A stretch of 63,941 nucleotides of DNA, counting the filler. It is 18 parts of 18 records of this genome, joined end to end, with 100 filler letters (N's around TTAATTAATTAA, not from the genome) between each part and the next. Parts side by side here need not be neighbours in the genome. Positions count along the whole stretch, not along the records: positions 31,732 to 37,769 come from SRR11831580_2528; positions 37,870 to 40,081 come from SRR11831580_2556; positions 40,182 to 43,108 come from SRR11831580_2557; positions 43,209 to 45,437 come from SRR11831580_2580; positions 45,538 to 50,631 come from SRR11831580_2587; 13 more parts are not named here. One strand, 5' to 3'. The notes under the pieces were generated by a model that did no database searches, was not told the origin of the DNA, and was given only the letters and a program-made list of their open reading frames with translations. Numbering within the stretch: position 1 is the stretch's first letter; every line of letters begins with the position of its first letter. Positions 35,388 to 46,402 of this stretch are shown one piece after another. The position numbers and the translations under genes were made by a program.

Positions 35388-36719
35388 ATGAGCGAGCTGA
35401 CTGATCTTTTACTGCAAGGGCCGCGTTCTGCCCCGGAATTGCGCCAGCGTCTGGCAATCAGTCAGGCGACGTTCTCACGCCTTGTTGCCAGAGAAGATCG
35501 GGTGATTCGCTTTGGTAAAGCACGGGCAACGCGATATGCACTGCTGCGTCCTTATCGCGGAATTGAGCGTATTCCCGTCTGGCGGGTGGACGATACCGGA
35601 AAGGCGCATAAATTCGCCGACATCCGGTTGTGCTGGCCGCAGGGAAGTTGTCTGGTAACAGGCGCAGATGGCGACGAACAGTGGTTTGATGGTTTGCCCT
35701 GGTATTTGACCGATCTCCGACCGCAGGGCTTTTTAGGGCGCGCGTGGGGCAGGAAGTTAGCCGCGCAACTGAATCTGACTGATGATATACGTCTCTGGCA
35801 GGAAGAAGATGTGCTCTACGCCCTGACCGTATTTAACGGTGAATATACTGGCGGTTGGTTGGTCGGGGAGGGGAATTATCAGCGATGGATTACTGCACAA
35901 CACCCTGCGGAAATTCCTCTGGATCAAAAACTCACCCATTACGAACAGCTGGCAAGTGATGCACTGGCAGGAGAAATTGTGGGTTCTTCTGCGGGCGGCG
36001 AGCAGCCAAAATTTACCTACTATGCACAAACGCCGTCAGGCAATAAACATGTGTTGGTGAAATTCACCGTACCACAGCAAACCGCGGTCAGCCAACGTTG
36101 GGGTGACCTGCTAATTGCTGAATCTATTGCCGCGCAAATCCTGCGTGACGGTGGGATCCACGCCATCGAGTCAACGGTGCTTGTAACAAGTAACAGGCAG
36201 GTATTCCTCGAAGCGGAACGCTTTGACTGCAAAGGTAACGATGGTCGCTTGCCTATTGTGTCGCTGGAGGCGGTGCAGAGTGAGTTTATCTCTTCTCCGG
36301 GATCGTGGCCGCAGGCAATGCGCCGTTTGTGTGAGCAACAACTTGTCACTCACCAGAGCGTGGCGCAAACAGAAGTGATCTGGGCATTTGGGCGACTTAT
36401 CGCCAACAGCGATATGCACGCAGGTAATTTATCGTTTTATTTATCTGAACCGCCATTTGCGCTGACGCCCGTCTACGACATGCTGCCGATGGTCTATGCA
36501 CCAAACAGCGCTGGAATGCTGCGTGATGCTGCCATTGAGGTGAAGTTTGATCTTAACGTCAGTAAAAGCGCTTGGTTAACGGCGATCCCGCTGGCGCAGC
36601 AGTTCTGGCAAACGGTCGCCAGAGATCCGCGTATCAGCGAGGCGTTTCGCCACATTGCGCAAGAAATGCCGGAAAAAATCCGGCAAATCGAAGAGAAAGT
36701 TGCCCGCATGGGCGGGTAA
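35388..36719 (+). CDS. yjjJ: HipA-family Ser/Thr kinase toxin YjjJ (HipH)
   Basis: N-terminal HTH, SSAGGEQPK loop, NSDMHAGNLS and PVYDM HipA motifs. Confidence 0.95.
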   Translation: MSELTDLLLQGPRSAPELRQRLAISQATFSRLVAREDRVIRFGKARATRYALLRPYRGIERIPVWRVDDTGKAHKFADIRLCWPQGSCLVTGADGDEQWFDGLPWYLTDLRPQGFLGRAWGRKLAAQLNLTDDIRLWQEEDVLYALTVFNGEYTGGWLVGEGNYQRWITAQHPAEIPLDQKLTHYEQLASDALAGEIVGSSAGGEQPKFTYYAQTPSGNKHVLVKFTVPQQTAVSQRWGDLLIAESIAAQILRDGGIHAIESTVLVTSNRQVFLEAERFDCKGNDGRLPIVSLEAVQSEFISSPGSWPQAMRRLCEQQLVTHQSVAQTEVIWAFGRLIANSDMHAGNLSFYLSEPPFALTPVYDMLPMVYAPNSAGMLRDAAIEVKFDLNVSKSAWLTAIPLAQQFWQTVARDPRISEAFRHIAQEMPEKIRQIEEKVARMGG

Positions 36720-37736
36720 CTACCTTACAGCCCCCGCCATCCATGCCGATAACTCCCGTAGCTCTTTTTCCTGTTCCGGGAAGTCAACCAACAGCGCTTC
36801 GCACTCCTGTTGCAGCATATCTGCGCGGTACAGGCAGCCTTGCAGTCGTCCGGCGAGGGCTTCCAGCGGCGCGGGGTTGAGGCTGTCGGTAAACACCTGG
36901 GCGCGGGTGATATGGCCTTTTTCAACGTCGAAATGCAGTTCCACGCCGCCCCAGGTAAAGCGTTCATCCAGCAGATGCGAGAATGCCGGAGCCTGACCGA
37001 AGTTCCATTCCCAGCTACTCTGGCGGGCAAAGGTTTCGGCGAAGTTTGGCAAGTCTGGCGTTTTGTTCGGGGAGATGATTTCCGCTTCCACGCGCTCGCC
37101 ATAATGGGCGAAAAAGGCCTCGGTTATGGCCTCGCAAACCTGCTCATGGGTGATCCCCGGCAACAGCTCGGTGAGGTTGGTCACGCGGGAACGTACCGAC
37201 GTAATGCCTTTCGCCGCCAGTTTCTTTTTATCCGGATTGAGATAGTTTGCCAGGCGGCTGAGGTCGGCATTGAGTAGCAAGGTGCCGTGGTGGAAGCCGC
37301 GATCTTTGGTTTCGCGATAGGCCGAGCCTGAGACTTTGCGGTCGCCTTCGACGGTTTTCACCACCAGATCGTTACGTCCGGACGCTTCGGCGCTGACGCC
37401 GAGCGCGTTCAGCGCATTGAGCACAATCGACGTGGAGATAGTTTTATCGTACTCCGGCTTGCCAGCCATAAAGGTAAAGCAGGTATTGCCGAGATCGTGG
37501 AACACCGCGCCGCCACCGCTACTGCGCCGCGCCAGGCGGACGTTATCTTCTTCCATCCGCCGGGTATTACACTCTTTCCACGGGTTCTGCGCGCGACCAA
37601 TTACTACCGTGTCGGCATTGCGCCAGAGAAACAGAACGCGCTGCGTGGCGGGCATTTGGCGAAAAATACACTCTTCCACCGCCAGGTTAAACCACGGGTC
37701 GTAAGAGTCAGAGATGAGCAGGCGTAATGTGGACAT
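36720..37736 (-). CDS. lplA: Lipoate-protein ligase A
   Basis: 338 aa; [12 protein letters not shown] and KVSGSA motifs. Confidence 0.97.
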
Positions 37737-37869
37737 AACGATTTCCTTTCTTGTAGTAATGGGTCACTCNNNNNNNNNNNNNNNNNNNNNNNNNNNNNNN
37801 NNNNNNNNNNNNNTTAATTAATTAANNNNNNNNNNNNNNNNNNNNNNNNNNNNNNNNNNNNNNNNNNNN

Positions 37870-38466
37870 TGCACCGCGACCTTTCGCCAGCATCATCGCC
37901 ATCATGCCGACTGGCCCCAGACCGACCACCAGCACGTTATCACTGCCGGAAACTTCGCCGCGCAAAATTCCTTCATACGCTGTACCAACGCCGCAACTGA
38001 TAAACGCACCATCTTCGTAGCTCAGCGCATCCGGCAGGAGGATCAGATCTTTTTCTTCCGCCAGCAAGTATTCGGCATGACCGCCGTCACGCTGCCAGCC
38101 GTAAGCCGCTTTTCCTTCGCCAGTACAAGAAATAGGAAAACCGCGACGGCAGTTCGGGCAAAAACCACAGCCAGAAATGTGATACACCAGCACGCGGTCG
38201 CCCTCTTTAAAATGGCGGCAGCCTTGCCCCATCGCCACAATCTGCCCGCACGGTTCATGACCGTTGATAAAGCCCTGGTATAACGGTTTATCGGGTGCCG
38301 CCGCTGTGGCACGGTGTTGATGATAGATATAGTGGACATCGCTTCCGCAAATCCCGGAGGATTTCATTTTGATCAGTACCTGGTTAATCCCCGGCGTCGG
38401 CACCGCAACTTCCCGCAGATCGACGGTCGAATTTCCTGGTAAATAAGCTGCCAGCATCGTTTTCAT
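37870..38466 (-). CDS. yphC: Zn-dependent dehydrogenase YphC, 5' part
   Basis: GICGSD, GHEPCG and CGFCPNC Zn motifs. Confidence 0.92.
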
Positions 38467-38531
38467 AAATCCCTCATTAACAATACGATTAATTTTCATC
38501 CCTGCCGCACCCGCGCCAGGGGCGTTAAGGT

Positions 38532-39530
38532 TTAGCGTTTCGCTTTACTGCTTCGCTGGGTCAGCAAGATATTCGCCAGCACCGCCACCACGATGATGAC
38601 GCCGCGTACCACCTGCTGGAAAAAGGAGTTAATACCGAGCAGCACCAGACCGTTACCGATTAGCGTAATCACCAGCACACCAAGCAATGTACCGAACAGG
38701 GAACCGCGACCGCCGGAAAGTGCCGTACCGCCGACCACGACCGCGGCGATGACGTCAAACTCCAGACCGTTTGCGGCACCTGCGTTACCAGAACCGAGGC
38801 GCGCCGCCAACAAAATGCCGGTCACCGCCGCTAATAATCCCGAAAGGGTAAAGATAAGAATGCGCACCCGACGAACGTTGATGCCGCACAACTGCGCCGC
38901 CGTAGCATTACCGCCAACGGCAAAAACCGAGCGCCCGAAGGCGGTTTTGCGGCTGATGAACACAAACAGCGCAAACAACACAATCATGATCAGCGCGGAT
39001 ACCGGCACACCGAGAAATTGTCCGCCCAGCCAGTCCAGCACCTCGTTTTCATCAATCGGCACTGGCAGTGCGTTCGTCATAAACAGCCCCATTCCGCGCA
39101 GGGCGCTCCACAGCCCCAGTGTGGCAACGAAACTTGGTACATTAAACACGCCGCGCAGCACCCCGGCCAGCGTTCCCATCAGCGCGCCTAACAGCAACAC
39201 CAGCAGGCACGCCACCGCCAGCGGAACTTCAAATTGCAGCAAAAATGCCAGGCACACCGAGACAAAAGCCACCATCGGCCCAACGCTGACATCAATTTCA
39301 CCGGAGATAATAATCAGCGTCATCGCCCAGGCGGCAATCCCAATGGTGGCGGCATCGCGCAGCACGTTCATCTGGTTATTCAATGAGATAAAGCCAGGCG
39401 CGTTCAGGGAGAAGACCAGATAAAGAATGGCAATCACCACCAGCAAACCGATCTCATTAATATGGCGACTGACAAATTGTTTGAGCGAGACGCTCTTGCC
39501 CTGCGGCAATGGTAATGACGAAGCAGACAT
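38532..39530 (-). CDS. yphD: Sugar ABC transporter permease YphD
   Basis: 332-aa membrane protein, EIDVSVG; synteny with yphC and yphE. Confidence 0.92.
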   Translation of the reverse strand: MSASSLPLPQGKSVSLKQFVSRHINEIGLLVVIAILYLVFSLNAPGFISLNNQMNVLRDAATIGIAAWAMTLIIISGEIDVSVGPMVAFVSVCLAFLLQFEVPLAVACLLVLLLGALMGTLAGVLRGVFNVPSFVATLGLWSALRGMGLFMTNALPVPIDENEVLDWLGGQFLGVPVSALIMIVLFALFVFISRKTAFGRSVFAVGGNATAAQLCGINVRRVRILIFTLSGLLAAVTGILLAARLGSGNAGAANGLEFDVIAAVVVGGTALSGGRGSLFGTLLGVLVITLIGNGLVLLGINSFFQQVVRGVIIVVAVLANILLTQRSSKAKR

Positions 39531-39554
39531 CTTCAGGTTCCTCGGTAAAATTCA

Positions 39555-40081
39555 TCAGTGCACAGACAGAATGGCGGACATCAGCTCATCCACATTGACC
39601 GGAGCGTGAAACTCCTGCGAGAACGTGCCGTGCTGTAATAACAGGATGCGGTCACACACCAGCGGCAACTCCTCCACTTCACTGGAGATAAACACCACGC
39701 TTTTTCCTTCGGCAGCCAGCTCACGGACAATACGGTAAATCTGCTGTTTGGCTTCGATATCGACGCCGCGCGTTGGCTCGTCGAGCAACAAAATCTGGCT
39801 GGCAGCATAGACCCAACGACCGATCACCACTTTTTGCTGATTGCCACCAGAAAGCGTGCCGATGGGTGTTTCGCTACTGGCGGCCTTGACCGTCATCCGC
39901 TGCATCACCTCTTCGGTCAGGCGGCGGATGGTGGACCATTGCAGCACACCGTTGGCGCTGATTTTTTGCCGATTGGTCAGCACTGTATTTTCGTCAACGC
40001 CCAACCAGGGAATGATCCCCGCTTCTTTGCGGTTTTCTGGCGTATAGCCAATGCCGCGTTTCAGCATGTCGCCGTAATCGG
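39555..40081 (-). CDS. yphE: Sugar ABC transporter ATPase YphE, 3' fragment
   Basis: [17 protein letters not shown]. Confidence 0.9.
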
Positions 40082-40181
40082 NNNNNNNNNNNNNNNNNNN
40101 NNNNNNNNNNNNNNNNNNNNNNNNNTTAATTAATTAANNNNNNNNNNNNNNNNNNNNNNNNNNNNNNNNNNNNNNNNNNNN

Positions 40182-43108
40182 GAAACGGGATATGAACACA
40201 ATGTACGAGGAGATGTGCAAGTTCTTCGCACAGTACAAAGGAAGAGACATACAGCATATCCACACGGACAACGGCGGTGAGTTTGTAAACTGGAAATTGA
40301 AGGCGATGTTTCAGGAGCGTCGGATCCTGTTCACGACATCAGAAGCGTTTCGTTCGCAGTCCAACGGCGGTGTGGAGAGAGTCAACAGGACAATTGCGCA
40401 CAAGGTACGGTGTACTTCTGACCCAGAACTGTGCATGGCTGACTGATACTGATGCATGGCACACACAGATTGATAAAATGGTCCAAGCTTCTGTGCCGAA
40501 TCAGTGGGTGAAGCACATCCCGATTGCGGTCACAGAATACAATCGCACCCGCCATCGCACCATCGGAATGACACCGAACCAGGCCGCGTACCTGACACAG
40601 CCTCCGCCAACGTACGAGGAGAGGGAACAGATCCGCAGGAAGGTTGTCGACCGAACGCAGAGGAAGGGTGCGCAGAACATGAAACAAGTGAAGAAAGAGA
40701 ACATCGCGGATCTGCCACCGCTGCAAGTGGGGGATGTGTGCTTGGTAGGTCGCCGTACTGGCGTCAAGAAGATACTACACGGCACCACATCGCAGTACGT
40801 TGTGATTTCCGTGTCTGTATAGTCTCCGATCTCTCTTTTAATTACATGGCGCAAGCATGTTTTGTTGCTTGTGTATGTAGAGCTTACGATATGTGCCAGG
40901 TGGTTTGGCGTAGTCGTTGTGACGCAGGCAATATCTGGAACATACAACTACTACGTGAGGATGCTGTCATGGTCCTCCGATGCAATTTACAGGCCGGGGG
41001 CCCGTCTGTCCAAGCCGGTCTCGCGCGAGCTGCTCAAACACATTCGCCCTGAAGCGGACCTTCGAGCGTACCTCAACATGATGCACTGTCAGGCAGTTGC
41101 CGCGCGCAAAGACATCACAGTGAAGCCCGGGCCGGTCAAAGGGACGAAAGACCGCTACGCAGTGGAGTGCATACTTGCGTGGCGTACGTCGATCGATGAA
41201 AATGGCATCGAGTTCCGGGAGTACTTGACCAAATGGGAAGGCTGGCCATATATCGAATCCGACTGGCTGACAGCGTACGTATCTCGGTGTTGTCTGGAAC
41301 CAGCATCACACTAACTCCAATCTCCAGGGACCGGTTACCACCAAATATGGTGGCCGACAGTAACCGGTATACGCCCGATATGAAGGACTACTTAACATGG
41401 GACGAATACAAGAAGCAGGAGGACGAATACGGTACGTACATGCGGGGCAGAATGGGAAAAATGCATAGGCGCAGCGCTGATCGCGCGTGCGTTCATATGG
41501 GGCGTCCGACCGGCTCACAAGTTATCGATCGTATACCCTCATATATGCTCATGCACTTGCATACCTGCAAATGTGTAGTGAAAAAACTCGAAGAACACGG
41601 TCCGCAACTGGTTATGATCAGTGACAGCGATCTGGATGAAGAGGAGCTGAAAGTTTTAGACTCGAAACGACGGCAACAGTCGAGTCCAGTGCTCCCGGCG
41701 GAGCCCAGCGACGTGCCAGATCCACTGCCGTCTTTGTCCCTGGACATGTCTGAGGAAGAATACAGCGTCCAAGACACCAGCAGCGACGACGACGACGACG
41801 ACGACGACAACCCCGACTGGAGCCGTCGAGCACGACGCAGTGGTCGGCTCAGCCATCAACGCACCACTGCAACACCAGAAGGCGACAGTCCAAAACGCGA
41901 TCTGCACCCGGCGAAGCCCAAGGACGTGCCAGCTCCACTACCGTCTCTGTCCCTGGACACGTCTGAAGATGAAAGCGCCCAAGAAACCAGCACCGCACAG
42001 TCTGCGCCGCAGACACGGACCAGCCAACGAGCAGGACGCGGAAGTCAACCCAGCCAGCGACGCACCACTGCTGCCCAGAAAGGCAGACGAAAAGCCCCAC
42101 CAAAATTAGTGGCCACGAAGCCCTCAGGCGACCGCAAGAGACCCGCCCCTAGCGACGTGGAACAGCGATCACCGAAGGCTGTCCGGTTTACCACAGCGTC
42201 CCAAAGAGGCAGAAAGCCCTCACAGAAGAATAAGCACCTCACTGCTATTGTACCGGGCAGCACACCGTCCTACACGCAGTTCCAGCAGGATCTGCAAGAG
42301 GGAAGAGTGTCATATGGCCTCAGAGGGTATCAGAACCTGACGGACGATGTGAACAAGTTGCTGAAGTTGCCTCCGATACAAGTCCCGCTTGTGCCCGGGG
42401 AGGTGTCGGGCGCGAGAGTACTGCCGGCTCTACCAAAGCGATCCACCCCCTCGCCAACAATACCAGAGAGAATGAGTGCAAGCGCACAGTATCACGGTGT
42501 GGACATACGCACTCCCAACGCCAAGCGTGGCCTCGCTCCGTACGCACCAACCCGCAAGCAGCGCCGGGCAATTGATGATCCGCTCGCTGCTCGGTACGCG
42601 CAATATCGTATCGAATCAGTATATCGATTTGCATGCTTCGGTAAGTGCCGTATGTTTAGTCTAATACCAACATCCGCAGGCCCACGCCGTTTGCTGCTCC
42701 CGCTCACAGTTCAACGGAAGACGAGGAGAAGCGGCTGGACCGAGTGGATGTGCAGATGGCAGAAGCAGGTGGGCAGATTGTACTGGAAGATGACGAGAGG
42801 AGCGCTAGCGCCAAAACGCCCGTTGATGATGAGCAGATAGCTCGTGAGTTGCAGGCCCAATATAACAAAGAAGACGAAGAGTATCGGGCAGGTGTTCAGG
42901 CGAGTGAGCGGTTGGCGCGCGCTTTGGCGTACGTTAATTTTGTAGTCTGCATTACCTAACTTGTGCATGGCGCAACTGCATGCATGTAGCGGTACAACCG
43001 TACAATCCTTCAACACGGCCACCCAAGTAGCGCCGCCGGTCAGAGGACTTCGACAAGGCCGTCAGCGTGTGCCTCTTCAACAAGGGCAGGTTAGTCACTG
43101 GGACGAGC
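40182..43108 (+). mobile_element. Spliced gene for a retroviral-type (rve) integrase/transposase with GPY/F-like module, chromodomain and long disordered tail; open at both contig ends (about 800 aa visible)
   Basis: IHTDNGGEF...SNGGVERVNRTI with exactly 35 residues between D (40267) and E (40375); YNRTRHRTIGMTP; LQVGDVCLV; chromodomain YAVECILAWR...YLTKWEGW...SDW; GT-AG introns 40405-40468, 40795-40899, 41275-41327, 41432-41578, 42594-42679 and 42929-42989 join all parts in frame. Confidence 0.82.
41704..42125 (+). repeat. Diverged tandem duplication (about 210-nt unit) inside the integrase-gene tail, with a (GAC)n poly-Asp tract
   Basis: DVPDPLPSLSLDMSEEE vs DVPAPLPSLSLDTSEDE; cgcaccactgc...aaggc present in both copies; GAC run at about 41785-41808. 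Confidence 0.8.
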
Positions 43109-43208
43109 NNNNNNNNNNNNNNNNNNNNNNNNNNNNNNNNNNNNNNNNNNNNTTAATTAATTAANNNNNNNNNNNNNNNNNNNNNNNNNNNNNNNNNNNN
43201 NNNNNNNN

Positions 43209-45437
43209 ATCGACACACGCGCTGCTGCTGGTAACCACGTTGGGCAGTCGTTGAGCCGTCGGGTCCCCCTCAAGTGCGTCGCTGAGAATGGATCTGCCTC
43301 CGAGAAGCTCGTCTGCAGCAGTGTCAGGGAAAGCAGAAAACCAGAGGGGAACAGCACTACCAAAATAACGAGGAATTGTATAACGCAGAATCGGCCAAGC
43401 CGACATACCGACATTCTCTAGGATGTACAGGGGCACGTTGGACTGGGCCAAGTGCGACGGTGTCTCTACGCCTTCACTGACACTTCTTGCGCCGCGGATA
43501 CTTCCCGAAGCCGGCAATAACCACGGCTTCCGAACATCATCTATGTACAGCACAATATTACTCAACTAAGTAGTGCGACGAACCCGATACACCGCTAACC
43601 AAGACCCTTCAGACAAAACAACGTCAGCCCGCGCACACGTGCCCACGTACCAAAGTATTCGAGCATATCCATGGGAACCAACTCAAACTTTGGGGTCTGA
43701 CTAGCTTTGTTGTTCGAACTACACAGCGCACACATCATTATTGGCTAACAATAGATCACACACACAACACCAACCAACATACCACTCATCATCGCGATCG
43801 TCCAATGTCGACGTGCTGACATCAGCCAGCACAGCCGGCCCCACAGACAGCAGGCTGGTCTCCAAAAGCCGGCTCTTGTCTGGCTCCTCCGCCACACGGG
43901 GGCTGGCCTCATGATACACGTTATCGGGGTAGTCTGACTCGTCAAAAATTTGTGTGGAGGTCGAGGCATCCATGCTCACAGCTGGAGACAGTGATCGATA
44001 CGTCAGATAGTCACACTTGTCCGACGGCGTGTGCATGCAAGGGCGTTCACAGAATGGCAAGGCAAATGCATAGAAAACGCCTCATAACAACGCCATGACG
44101 ATGAGACGCAGCACTCTTTCCGATAAACCACCACATACGGGGCGCGTTCAGGCGGTCCGTGGCCATGCGAATCATATCAGCGCCAGATGCAGCCGGCTTC
44201 CCATCATGCTGGATATCTGACACACATACAAACGGATGAGGAGACCTCACACAGCACACAGGGACACTCACACAGACACACACATACTCTCTCTCCTATG
44301 GCATTACACTCACGCGTACGAAATTAATGCAGTGTTGCGCAAGCACAACAACACTAGCTAAGTTTGCCCATACCATGCACAACAGGGCGACCGAGAGTGA
44401 CATTAAACTCCTGCGCCACATTACGCATCTCCGTGCCAAACAAACCCAGTGACGTCTGCTTCGCAATCGCATCCGCTATACATACCGTAAGCAATGAGCA
44501 CAAACACATTGCCCATATAACAGAGAATGCATCGGAAAGCATTACCGTCGCGATTTCCAGATGAATTAATGAGATAACCACCGGAAAAGACACCATGTAT
44601 CGACCTATTGATTATTAACTCGAATCAATACCCTTGTTCAGAAGCTCAGCCATGGACCGCACAGTCTGCGGACGGTTCAAGTGATCCGGGGTGCTCAGCA
44701 ACTTCCTCACATCCTGAATTTATCGAAACAGCGTCGTCAGCGACGTCACGTAAGCAACAACATGAAGAAGAATACGTGCAAGGCGAAGTACAATATACAC
44801 AACTATATAACAAGTTTGCTTTGATACATGACGTGCCATACGCGTCCCAGTTACGTACTCGTTCAATGTTTTCTACGTCCTCCAGATTTCGATACGCCCT
44901 TCCCACCGTCTCATCATCCTATTAACCCACCCACACAGACACACATACACACATATGCACACGTACACACACAAACTTTCGGTCAACACACGCGCCCCAC
45001 TTACGAAAAAAGCAAAACGCACGGGTGGGGCCAAGTGCGCCTGGTTGTGTCCGGGATACGAGACACACAGCGTGAACTGCCCGCCACGGACATGAAACGA
45101 AAGGTTGAACTTGAGCTCTGCATGCAGCAACAGAGAGTGTATACATAAGCAGGGAGAGGGTAGACTCGCAATATTTGACACGGCATGCGGCGCACAAGAT
45201 CGGGCGCTTATAGTCTGGTTTGATGCGGGGCGTACCTTCAATAGGGGGAGACCGGGCAACCAAGCAAAGCACCTCTCTCACCTACGCACACTCGCATTGT
45301 AAATACAACTGACTGACTATGAGCATGTCTGAAAGAATGTCACCTTGCCGCTATGAATATCGCCGATAAAATGCTCGTGTTGGTATCGGTTTCGCTCTGT
45401 GCTCGAAGGCAGGAGGACTTCCACATTGCCCGCGTTT
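43209..45437 (-). CDS. Internal part of an intron-rich eukaryotic gene, no recognisable family
   Basis: Series of short exons (e.g. ELKFNLSFHVRGGQFTLCVSYPG, DDETVGRAYRNLEDVENIER, AIAKQTSLGLFGTEMRNVAQEFNV, DDVRKPWLLPASG) separated by GTACGC/GTAAGT/GTATGT...AG introns with TG-rich tracts. Confidence 0.55.
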
Positions 45438-45537
45438 NNNNNNNNNNNNNNNNNNNNNNNNNNNNNNNNNNNNNNNNNNNNTTAATTAATTAANNNNNNN
45501 NNNNNNNNNNNNNNNNNNNNNNNNNNNNNNNNNNNNN

Positions 45538-45575
45538 GGAAATTTAAAATAATTTTCTGACCGCGCATTTTTTCA
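45538..45575 (-). promoter_or_regulatory. UP element of an rRNA operon P1 promoter (rrnC by position), cut by contig end
   Basis: Minus strand GGTCAGAAAATTATTTTAAATTTCC is the rrn P1 UP element; yieP lies divergent to rrnC in E. coli. Confidence 0.8.
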
Positions 45576-45687
45576 GCAAAAGCCCCGTTAATGTGCCATA
45601 AAACAAGCAATTTGCCGTTTTTGCAACCGTAATCACACTTCCTGGTGGCATACTAAGGAGGAATAAAAAGAAAAAGGAAGATAAGTA

Positions 45688-46380
45688 ATGCCTTTAAGCG
45701 CACAACAGTTAGCTGCACAGAAAAACCTTTCGTATGTTCTGGCTGAGAAGCTGGCGCAACGGATCTTAAAAGGTGAATATGAACCCGGCACCATTTTGCC
45801 CGGTGAGATTGAGCTGGGCGAGCAATTTGGAGTGAGTCGTACAGCGGTACGCGAAGCGGTCAAAACGTTAACGGCAAAAGGGATGGTTTTACCGCGACCG
45901 CGAATTGGTACTCGGGTCATGCCACAATCGAACTGGAATTTTCTTGATCAGGAATTGCTTACCTGGTGGATGACAGAAGAGAACTTTCATCAGGTCATCG
46001 ATCACTTTCTGGTTATGCGTATCTGTCTGGAGCCGCAAGCCTGCCTACTGGCAGCAACGGTTGGCACCGCGGAACAGAAAGCGCATCTCAATACGTTAAT
46101 GGCCGAAATGGCGGCATTAAAAGAGAACTTTCGCCGTGAACGCTGGATCGAAGTCGATATGGCCTGGCATGAGCATATCTATGAAATGAGCGCCAATCCG
46201 TTTTTGACCTCATTCGCCTCGCTATTCCATTCGGTTTATCACACTTACTTCACGTCAATTACCAGCGACACAGTGATAAAGCTGGATCTGCATCAGGCGA
46301 TTGTCGATGCGATTATCCAAAGCGATGGCGACGCGGCATTTAAAGCTTGTCAGGCGCTGCTACGCTCACCTGATAAGTGA
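45688..46380 (+). CDS. yieP: GntR/FadR-family regulator YieP
   Basis: 230 aa; GVSRTAVREA HTH. Confidence 0.94.
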   Translation: MPLSAQQLAAQKNLSYVLAEKLAQRILKGEYEPGTILPGEIELGEQFGVSRTAVREAVKTLTAKGMVLPRPRIGTRVMPQSNWNFLDQELLTWWMTEENFHQVIDHFLVMRICLEPQACLLAATVGTAEQKAHLNTLMAEMAALKENFRRERWIEVDMAWHEHIYEMSANPFLTSFASLFHSVYHTYFTSITSDTVIKLDLHQAIVDAIIQSDGDAAFKACQALLRSPDK

Positions 46381-46402
46381 TAACCCGATAACAGGACATT
46401 GA

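Noticed and set aside
40182-41327. Bacterial IS3/IS481 transposase or a decayed, frameshifted retrotransposon
   Set aside because: The frame changes fall exactly at GT-AG introns with branch sites, and a chromodomain follows; not bacterial and not random decay.
41233-42840. 535-aa ORF as a stand-alone gene
   Set aside because: Its start overlaps the chromodomain exon in another frame and it reads through intron sequence; better explained as exons 4-5 of the integrase gene.
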